Part shown: piece by piece, positions 55,201-64,000 of the stretch
Layout of the letters: every line of letters begins with the position of its first letter
Numbering within the stretch: the first letter of the stretch is position 1
DNA from: an uncultured Planctomycetota bacterium
GTDB lineage: Bacteria; Planctomycetota; Planctomycetia; Isosphaerales; Isosphaeraceae
NCBI GenBank assembly: GCA_963823665.1
Contig: CAWGMQ010000010.1
Span: 1,408,001 to 1,472,000, forward strand
Reading direction: 5' to 3'
Length of the DNA: 64,000 nucleotides
Position numbers and translations under genes: made by a program
Notes under the pieces: generated by a model
What the model was told of the DNA's origin: nothing
Database searches by the model: none
What the model saw: the letters and a program-made list of their open reading frames with translations, nothing else

Positions 55201-56043
55201 AGGAGGAGTCACGCTCGCCGGCCGCAGCCCAATCTCATTGCGCCGGAGTTCCCGCTGGAATCCACGGCGATCGGCGCCAGTGCGTTTCGTCAACAGCCCC
55301 CTGCAATAGCCCTTTAGAAGCTTGTATGCGGCTTCGGCTTGGGTCGGGTCCACGAGCACGGCAGTTCGGAGCTTGTCCATCGCCGCGTTGTCGGCATCAC
55401 CGTCGGTGCCGTCGGCACTGACATCAAGCGTATCGATTCTCATCATAGAGAAGAAATCGCGGAGATCCCTCGGCGAGGGCTCAGTCCCGTGAGTTCGGCG
55501 CCAGAATAAGTGAACATGGGAGAGGAGTATCTCAGACGCGGCTTTCTCCTCCTTGCTATTGGCGGCGTCCGTCAACACCGTACAGCGTGCATCGCCTTGG
55601 AACCGATCAAGTACGGCTGGTAGTTGCGAACAGGCCCACATAGGCGCCAGACCATCGGTCACCAGGACGAGACGATCGCGCTCCTGATCTAGCGGACGTT
55701 CCCACGGGTGATTTCCTCCCTTATGGAGTCGCTGTGACAGAAAGTGACGAACGAATTGCCCCACGGCTGATCCGAGCGCTGAATCCTCGGCGGCAGAAAG
55801 CCTTAGACCCCGCTTTGCTTGCAAATATACAGCGCCGCCGGCTGATGTGATGAGCAAGACGTCGTCGACGGGCAGTCCTGTCTCGCATCGAACTTCGGTG
55901 TAATAGACCGTTGGCTCCAACCCCCAACGCGGCGTCACAGCTTGTTCCGCGAGTACGCCGACCGCTGCCCATGCTGCGATGCTGTCCTGGAAGGAAAACC
56001 CTCCGGCAGCAGCAGCTCCGCCTCCTGTGCCAACGGGTAACAT
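52248..56043 (-). CDS. PD-(D/E)XK nuclease-like domain + TM helix + TPR array + C-terminal repeats (frameshift at ~52565)
   Basis: GGFSFQ...E..CET...DD...YLQAKR; hydrophobic VALGAIGVASLVAVAAVTL; about nine 42-aa LNNLA..AEAEPLYRRALAIDE..YGPDHP repeats; ORF 52248..52535 continues it. Confidence 0.8.
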
Positions 56044-56890
56044 GCCGGCGCCCTGGTCTGATTGAGTTCGCGAACATCCCCACGAACGGGAAAAGCTCGA
56101 TTATACCAGGGCGCCGCGTGCGCCACGTGGCCATTTACTCCGGCAGCGGTTTGGGCACCGTCCGCATGCAACGGCTGAGCGGCGGTTTGTTCCTCGTATC
56201 AAAGCTCACGCGACTCGCGCTCATCGCTCGGCTTTAGGCCCGCGCGCTCGAGAAGTTCGGGGCGACGTTGGCGTTCTTGAGAACTGAGGCTCGCCACGAA
56301 AGCGGCGAGGTGGTCGTCGGTCGTCTGGGCGTCGGTTTCATTGCAAACAGGATTACAACGAGTGAACGGCCTCGCCGTTAATTGGGACGGGCTCTCCTTT
56401 GCGATCCATCGACCTTTCACTCCTAAACAAAACATCGTTCCTCGCATTTATCAGTCATGATTATGTTCGACATCAACCTGATTCGGTTTTCTGCAATTCT
56501 TCTGCACACATTGCCCATGTCAGCCCAATGCGACTACAATGCGAGCGAACACCGACGGCTATCGTGGACCTCGGCAAAATCCCTGAAATCAACGTCAAAT
56601 CAACATCAGCCCAACGTCAGACAGATGGCAGACGCGCCGGTCCCAAAATCCCGATAGATGAACGACCTCCAGATCATTGGCCGAGCTCGCCGCATCGGCG
56701 CGGTCCTCAACCGCGAATCTATTTCTCCTCTTCCGGCCGACCGTCGGGTTCCGTCCCAGGAGCTCGCCAGCCGGCCTCGGCCGAATCGGCGGTTGGCGAC
56801 GTGGCCGGGATCGGGACTTCAAGCGAGGAGTGGCGGGATCTGGTACGCTGAAGTGTGCTCAACGACTGGCGCACCAAATAGCGAGCAATT

Positions 56891-57720
56891 ATGCTAATCC
56901 GAGTCGGCTGCGAACTTCGTTTCGTCTTTCCAGAGCCCACGGCCATAATCCTGATGCTAAGCCTCCATCCGTTACGCGCGCCACGATTCGTCAGCACGAG
57001 CAGTTGCAGGTTGAACCGCTGGTTCCGTTATCTGCGTATTTTGACCAATACGGCAACCGCTGCCACCGCGCGTTCGTTCCGTCAGGCCTCGTGACGTTTA
57101 GAAATAGCGCAGTCGTCGATGACTGCGGGCTGCCGGATCTGCAGGTCCTCAATGCCCCACAAAACAATGTCCAGGACCTGCCCCAGGAGGTCCTGCAATT
57201 TCTCCTCGGCAGCCGTTATTGCGAGGTGGACAGCGAGCTGAACCAATTCGCTTGGTCCCAATTCTCACAGACCCAGGCGGGTTGGCCGCGGGTTCAAGCA
57301 GTGTGCGATTTCGTGCACCAGCATATTCGGTTCGACTACCAGAAAGCCCGGTCCAGTCGAACGGCGTGGGACGCCTATCATGAGCGCACGGGTGTATGCC
57401 GCGATTTCACGCACCTCGCGATCACCTTGTGCCGCTGCTTGAATGTGCCCGCGCGCTATTGCACCGGCTATCTGGGCGATATCGGCTTGCCACCGACGCC
57501 AAGCCCGATGGATTTCAGCGCGTGGTTCGAGGCATTCCTGGGCGGGCAATGGTACGCGTTTGACGCGCGTCACAACGTTCCCCGCATCGGTCGCGTGCTC
57601 ATGGCCCGCGGTCGTGATGCCGCCGATGTTGCCCTGACGACGACGTTTGGAATCAATCAGCTCCAGTCGCTCACCGTCTGGACCGACGAAATTGGTGTCG
57701 GATCGACCGCAGAACCGTAG
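56891..57720 (+). CDS. Transglutaminase-like family protein (frameshift at ~56970)
   Basis: MLIRVGCEL start; SRYCE; GVCRDFTHL; ARYCTGYLGDIG; DFSAWFE; GRDAADV. Confidence 0.9.
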
Positions 57721-57776
57721 CATTGTTGCTATGGCACTCGATTCTTCGGGCCGGAGCCGTGCGAGGGGATGCTCTT

Positions 57777-58328
57777 ATGGAGTCGTGGTACTTTGCTTAT
57801 GGCAGCAATCTCTGGATGGACCAAATGATCGAGCGCACGGACTCGATCGGCCATCCCGAGAACGGTCCCAGGATCGCTCGATTGGCGAATCATCGGCTCG
57901 TGTTTCAACGGCTGGACGCCGCAGACGAAGCCTTCGCCAACATTTTATGTCCGGGAGACGGCGTGCTTGGCGTGGTCTATCGCTGTAGCCAGACGGACCT
58001 CGAGCGGTTGGACCACTACGAAGGCGGGTATGAGCGCCGGTCGATTACCGTAACCGACCAGCATGGCGAAGTCTTGGCAGCCGTTGCGTATGTCCTGATC
58101 CCTGCGCAGGCAGCAATCACCGGCAGACCCACCGCCGCGTACCTGGAACGAATCGTTAGCGGCGCGCGGCAGCATGGATTTCCCGAGGAGTACATTCGCA
58201 ACATCGCCGCCATCGCGGATTCGGCAATTCTTCGAGGCGATCACTCCGAGCAATTCGATTGCTGTTCTAACGAGGAGTTCCAGACACCCACTAATTCCCA
58301 GGTCGGAGGTGGGAATCGAGGAGGTTGA
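57777..58328 (+). CDS. Gamma-glutamylcyclotransferase family protein
   Basis: YFAYGSNL; GVVY; LDHYEG. Confidence 0.9.
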   Translation: MESWYFAYGSNLWMDQMIERTDSIGHPENGPRIARLANHRLVFQRLDAADEAFANILCPGDGVLGVVYRCSQTDLERLDHYEGGYERRSITVTDQHGEVLAAVAYVLIPAQAAITGRPTAAYLERIVSGARQHGFPEEYIRNIAAIADSAILRGDHSEQFDCCSNEEFQTPTNSQVGGGNRGG

Positions 58329-58449
58329 CTCGACCGATTCAGGCTGAACCGCCCGGGCATGCTGTCGGCAGGTGGTCGCCTCAATGCGCAGATTATGTCG
58401 ACGGTTGCGCACAGGGCGAATGAGGCCGGTGGCATCTTGATCGCAAAAA

Positions 58450-58544
58450 GTGGGTGTCTTTGCGTCACGGGACGCGAACCGGTGTCAGTCACGTGAGCAG
58501 GTTTCGCCCGGGACCCACTCCGGTTGGTGGGTGTCCGGTTTCCC
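58450..58544 (+). repeat. Intron-free copy of the intron flank, preceded by an exon/intron junction stump
   Basis: 58468-58535 matches 50477-50544 with one mismatch, then C-GGTTTCCC; 58450-58467 is identical to 50536-50553. Confidence 0.9.
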
Positions 58545-58554
58545 GTATGACCTC

Positions 58555-59290
58555 TCAGCGCGCCGGAGGTAGTTTGCTCGGCGAGAGGCGATACACTGTT
58601 GCGAATTGTTGACCACCCCGTTCGGTGACTTGATCGAGCAGGTACAACTTACCATCCTGTCCGAGGGCCATCCCCTGGATAATATCAGCTCGGCCACGGT
58701 CGAAGTTGGGCAGGTAATAGGACGTTGCCTTGCCGCTGACCGTGATCCGGCCGATCTCGAGCTCCTTCGAAGAATCGTTCGTGAACCAGAGCGATCCGTC
58801 GTCCCAACCCTGATCAATCAAGAATGGCCCGGAATTCGCCGCCGGGATCTTGTAACGCGTGACGGCGCCAGCGGTTGACACCTGGAAGACTTCGTTCTGC
58901 CCACTCAAGGTTTGGCCGTACACGATGAGGGTGCCGTTGGGCCCGTTTGCGACGCTCGGCTCAGAAAGTTCAGGGACTGGGAAATCCGTCACAACGCCGC
59001 TCGGTGACATCCGGCCGAAAACGGACTCGTTGCCCGAGTCGCCCACGCTCTCGGCGAACCAGAGATTTCCGTCGGCTCCGGCCGCGAGCGAGTCGATTGT
59101 AGGCCAATACGCGATAGTCGGCCCGGAGCTGACGGAGGAGATGGGGAACAGCTTGACAGCCCCAGCGGTCGTCATCCGTCCGATGTAGTCTGAGTTCTGA
59201 CCGTGGGAACCGAAGACCGTATAGCCGAACCAGAAGTCGCCGTCGGGCCCACTGACGATTGAGGTGTCCTGAGCGCCTCCTTCCAGGGAA
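58555..59290 (-). pseudogene. Virginiamycin-B-lyase (Vgb)-like beta-propeller, 5'-truncated
   Basis: GPDGDFWF, GADGNLWFAE, IGRMT..G repeats; no credible start, and the frame begins inside a GACACCCA inverted repeat. Confidence 0.7.
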
Positions 59291-59837
59291 TCCAAGACAC
59301 CCACTCTCCGCCGTGGAATCAGTGGGTGTCCGGGAATCTCTGGCAGCCCTAGCAACCCTCTGGCAACCCCTGGCTTCCCCGGGGGGTCGATGTCTGGCTT
59401 CCCAGAGGGTGGATGTCTGGCTTCCCGGCTTCCCTTAGCGCGTTTGGATGCTCATTTTTACAGATCTTCGCGTACGACCAGCACAACTGGCCGGCGGTTG
59501 ATGAAAACAGGCGAAATTCTGGCGATTTCTGGCAAATGGCTCGACGCTTTTGTAGATCATATTGGTAAAGAGCGGCGTTGCGTTGCCGTCGAACGGGGGC
59601 GAGAACGCAAGGCTGGATAGGAAAGCCTTCATCGGTTTGGCGTGCCCTGGAGGATTTGCTGAAGAAACGAAGAAGCCGTGTTTTCTGTACGTGGGACGGT
59701 TGTCTTCGATATTGATCGGACGATTCGGCGTATTGCCTTGGTATGGGACGAGAACGGCGATTGGGGGTGAGACGCTTTCTCGTGATTTCGTCCCATTTCG
59801 TCCCATCAGAGCTCGATGATCCGTTTGGTCGGACCAA

Positions 59838-59955
59838 GGGCGGAGGGTGGAGGACGGAGGACGGAGGAAAGGCCGAGACAAAGATCAGGGCGGCGGGACG
59901 GAGGGCGGAGGACGGAGGAAAGGCGGAGACAAACATCAGGGCGGAGGGCGGAGGA
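59838..59955. repeat. Heptamer (GG(A/G)CGGA) tandem repeats arranged in ~51-bp units
   Basis: Two units ending GAAAGGC.GAGACAAA.ATCAGG; same heptamer at 61263-61290. Confidence 0.8.
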
Positions 59956-61629
59956 GACTTGCTCGAAATGGACGAATTCCACATCTATTGCGCAAATAAA
60001 CTGGGGCGTTTGTAGATCATTTGGGTAGAGGCCGAGGGTACCGTCATTAGAATACGAGTACGAGTACGAGCAGGAGGGGACGTGTCGGGCCTACGACTTC
60101 GAGATCGACCTTCGTTGCGTCGGCGGTAAAGATGTCGCCACGATGCCCGGCCGACCAGCAAGGCGACGTCCTCCGCTATTGCCACCGTTTCATCGTTTCA
60201 AAACGCGTTGAACGTGCTCATCTGAATGAGAATCTTTAACGCGAGACTGATGGTTAATCGCCTATCGCGGTTGAATTTGTGTTTTTACGCAGAGATTTAC
60301 AAGTGTGATTGAGAGATAGCCAACGCCCAAAACCCGCGCATAGTATAAGAGGAGGCCGGCTGCGGGCATGGTGGTCGAGTCACCGTTGGTCTGCGCGGCG
60401 ATCCGCCTGGCTTCCCCCCCCACCGCCGCCTGCGGCGGCACCTCGCCGACGGTGGGCTACTCGATCACGATCGCCGACGCCCGAGTTGGCGCGATCGGCA
60501 CCCACGTCTCTGGAACCGAGAATGACTGCTTCGTTTGCTCGATCGCGTGCTCGAGGACCTCAGCCCGGCCTGGCGATGCCCGTGCAGTGGGAAAAACGCG
60601 GCCGCACTGCGCCTGTAAATAGGGATCGGTGCTCGACGAAATTCCACCAAATCTTGAGCTGTGCCGGGCGTGGGACGGGTCTGGACCCCGGTACGGGTGA
60701 GTTTTCTCCTCGCGGGCCGGGCAAACCTGGAGAGGGGCTCGTGGCGTTATCCTCTTTGGCGGTCAGCATTTCCGTACGGCTGCGAGGCTTCCCGGCCAGC
60801 CATCGGACGGGGTTCAAGACGGCAACCAAAATGAGACCTTTTTCAGGGTGATTCGTCCCATTTCGTCTCATTTTGTCTCATTCATTTCTACTTATTTGAA
60901 GCCTGCGAGACATTTCTCGAGAGCCCATCCGCGGAACGCAACAGGGCACTGCGATCTTATGTGGGGAATGCCCGAAACAAGAACGACGAGGGCCACGTAC
61001 CGCCTGCTGGCGCTGCCAATTTACCCCGGTGTACGGATGCTTGATGGGCTCCGGTACTTGCCACTTTTTGCCATTTTTCGAGTCGGCGAACGGTTGTCAC
61101 GCGCGGAGCACGTTATCTGGAACTTCAGTTTGTTCCAGGCATAAGAGGCTGATGGATCGACCGAAACCTTTTTCACATGTGGACTTGCGGAGGGCGGACG
61201 AGGTGGGCTCTGGGGGTGGAGCGCTGCGCCGTCTGCGGGGTGGCGATTCGGGGCCGGAATCAGGACGGAGGGCGGAGGGCGGAGGACGAAGCGCGGAGCG
61301 AAAAGAGCCGGAAGCCGGAAAGCGGGGATCGGAAGAGACCTTCATCGTGGTATCACTCTGGTATCATTTCGCACCAGGGGGCGAGAGGCTGGTGGATCGA
61401 CCGAAGACATGTGCGCATTTGCGTTTGCGGAGGGCGGCCGAACCGGATTCGGGGGGCTGTGCCAGGTCGCGGGCCGCACCTTGGCGATTTTGGGCCAAAG
61501 CCGGGCGATTGCGGGCGAGGTTTCGGCTTCGAATTCGGCCCTTGGCTCGGCATCTGGACCGCGTTAGGGCGTTCCCGTAGTCCTTGTGGGGTAAGGATGC
61601 GCGACGAATAAACAAAACGAAAGCGGGGA

Positions 61630-61752
61630 TGAAATCCGAAATTCGAAGTACGAAATTCGAAGGGGAAGGAGCAGCGAAGGGAGGAGGACTGAGTACGAGT
61701 AAGAGCAGGAGTACGAGTAAGAGCACGAGTAAGAGTAAGAGTAAGAGCAGGA
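61630..61752. repeat. Heptamer (CGAAAT(T/C)) and hexamer (GAGTA(C/A)/GAGCA(G/C)) tandem repeats
   Basis: Directly visible; hexamer also at 60050-60075. Confidence 0.85.
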
Positions 61753-61992
61753 GAGAATACCGTCGGGCTCCGGAGCCATCCGACTGCACGACCCCCGTTC
61801 CGCCGCGTGCGGCGGCACCTCACCCACGGGGTGGGGGGCTACGCGAGCGAGTGCCGATCAACGTTGACCGCCTTTGCGAATTATGACAAAACTCCCCGGC
61901 CAGTTACGGCCGATCGAAAGTGTGTCGGCTGGACGCATCTCACACCGACGTCGTTCTTAGCATCGTCGACCTCTCAGGACGAGGAGTCGCTC

Positions 61993-63563
61993 ATGGGGGC
62001 AGAGAAGCCGCACTCAGAGACTTTGCGCTCTGCGCTCATTCCCCATCGCTGGACCCGTGTTGAAGATCCGGCAAGTGTCTCCGTCGTAGCCTCGCACGAA
62101 ACGGTGATTGCCGGTGGTGGACCCGCCGGGCTCACCGCCGCGTACGAGTTGAGCAAACACGGAAGATCGTGCGTTGTGCTCGAGTCAGATCCACGCATGG
62201 TCGGTGGCATTAGCCGCACGGATCACTACAAAGGATATCGTTTCGATATCGGGGGCCATCGGTTTTTCTCGAAGAGTGACGAGGTCAATCGATTGTGGCG
62301 CGAGGTGCTTGGTGAGGAGCTGCTCACTCGCACTCGGTTGAGTCGCATCTACTATGATCAAAAGTTCTTTCACTACCCGCTCAAGCCGGCTGATGCGCTC
62401 ATGAAACTGGGGTTTGTGCGATCGTGCCGGATCGTGCTGAGTTATCTGCGAGCGAAGATGGCCCCCATCAAGCCGGAGCTGAGCGTAGAAGACTGGGTGG
62501 TGAACCGGTTCGGCCGCGAGCTGTTTGAGACCTTTTTCAAGTCGTACACGGAGAAGGTGTGGGGGATGTCGACCCGCACGATCACCGCCGATTGGGCGGC
62601 TCAGCGCATCAAGGACTTGAACCTCGTCAAGGCGGTGACGTCGGCGCTTTTCGGGCGGTTTCGCCGGCGCGGCACCGTGATCAAGACGCTGATCGAGGAG
62701 TTCTCGTATCCGCGGCTGGGGCCCGGCCAGATGTGGGAAGTGACTCGTGACCGGATCAAAGAGCAGGGGGGGGCCGTGCACCTGGACCGCCGCGTGGTGC
62801 AGGTGGAGCACGACGGGTCGAAGGTCACTGCCCTCGTGGCGCGCGACAGCGAGGGGCGGCTCACACGCTACATGGGCGAGCACTTCCTCTCAACCCTGCC
62901 CATCCGCGACCTGATCCGAGCCATGAGCCCGGCGGCGCCCGAGAACGTGATCCGCGCTGCGGAATCGCTCAAGTATCGCGATTTTCTGACGGTTGTCCTG
63001 ATCGTCGACCGCGCCGAGACGTTTCCCGACAACTGGATCTATATTCATGAGCCGTCGGTCAAGCTCGGCCGCATCCAGAACTTCAAGAACTGGTCGCCGG
63101 ACCTGGTTCCGGACCCGCAGAAAACCAGCCTGGGCCTCGAGTACTTCTGTTTTGAGGGCGACGACCTGTGGACCAGCTCGGATCAGGACTTGATTGCGCT
63201 GGTCGGCGCGAGGTCGACGCGATCGGGCTGGTGGAAGCCAAGGACGTTTCCGATGGGTGCGTGGTGCGGATGCCCAAGGCATACCCGGTCTACGACGAGG
63301 AGTACCTGGGGCACCTTGCCACGATTCGCGGCTGGCTGGCCAAACTTCCCAATCTCGAGCTTGCCGGGCGTAACGGCATGCATAAATATAACAATCAAGA
63401 TCATTCGATGATGACGGCTCTGCTGGCCGCCCGCAACATCCTGGGGATTGGAAAGTTTGACACCTGGAAAGTGAACACCGACGCCCAATATCACGAAACG
63501 GATAGTCCCGAGAGTTGTCAGAAAGCAGGGCGGGCGGTGCCAGAGCGGATCAGTGTGGCTTAA
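61993..63563 (+). CDS. FAD-dependent oxidoreductase (protoporphyrinogen oxidase/UDP-galactopyranose mutase-like; frameshift at ~63205)
   Basis: GGGPAGLTAA; RFDIGGHRFFSK; GRNGMHKYNNQDHSM. Confidence 0.9.
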
Positions 63564-63615
63564 GGGGTGCGCCACGCGCGCGATCCGAGCAGGCTCGTTC
63601 CAGGTGCCTTGACCG

Positions 63616-64000
63616 ATGAAACGAAACAAGAGCGGACGACGGCGATCGCTCGGCCTCTCGTGCGCTCTGGAAATGCTCGACCCGCGAGTCTTGCCCAGCG
63701 GGTCATCTGCTGTTTCGTCGCTGCTGGCGAATCCAATCGGTTATCGGGCGGTCGCGCCTAATCGCCCGGTCATGCCCTTTTCGACTCCGCCCAAGAAGGC
63801 GACGTATATCGACCCCACCGTTTCGATCGAGAATGGCAATTCCGTTATCGTCGGCTACCAGTGTTTCATCGGGCCGTACGCTAATTTGAACGGCGGCGGC
63901 GGGGCGATCAAGATCGGCAACAGCTCGAGCGTGCTCGATAACGCGATCATCCGTGCCAACCACGGTTTTGCCGGCAAGAAAACCGAGATCCTGATCGGCA
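63616..64000 (+). CDS. Secreted left-handed beta-helix (gamma-carbonic-anhydrase-like) protein, partial
   Basis: MKRNKSGRRR...LEMLDPRVLPS planctomycete-type leader, then YIDPTV, FIGPYA, IKIGNSSSVLDNA hexapeptides; runs off the window end. Confidence 0.7.
   Translation, partial: MKRNKSGRRRSLGLSCALEMLDPRVLPSGSSAVSSLLANPIGYRAVAPNRPVMPFSTPPKKATYIDPTVSIENGNSVIVGYQCFIGPYANLNGGGGAIKIGNSSSVLDNAIIRANHGFAGKKTEILIG

Noticed and set aside
59340..61760. CRISPR array
   Set aside because: There is no constant repeat with unique, equal-length spacers, and no cas genes.
511..63563. Numerous single-base frameshifts read as programmed frameshifting or mass pseudogenisation
   Set aside because: They hit conserved genes (nuoH, nuoN, vWA, cupin, oxidoreductase), some in homopolymer runs, which is best explained by sequencing or assembly indels.

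Overview
GC-rich bacterial DNA with strong Planctomycetota (Isosphaeraceae-like) character: PEP-CTERM and LEPR-type leaders, RFSxR-leader LRR genes, an extended ECF sigma factor and planctomycete-style short palindromic repeats. The window holds a vWA operon tail, two paralogous SGNH/TPR-like genes, a rearranged partial complex I operon (fused nuoBCD-nuoI-orf-nuoA-H-J-K-N), tRNA-Ile and tRNA-Phe, a WYL regulator, an LRR/small-membrane-protein array and several housekeeping genes. An accessory region at about 49-62 kb stands out. It has two head-to-tail, 733-nt, ORF-less group II introns with non-canonical ends (UUGCG...GC) separated by a 24-nt mini-exon. Their EBS1 matches a short repeat family (TGGGTGTC(T/C)GG) scattered through the same 9 kb, and an unoccupied allele of the target and an 8-nt intron stump lie 8 kb away. 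Next to them is a PD-(D/E)XK nuclease-TM-TPR protein with an unrecognised ~42-aa repeat. Many conserved genes, including nuoH and nuoN, carry single-base frameshifts, which most likely reflect assembly indels, so coordinates of split genes are approximate.
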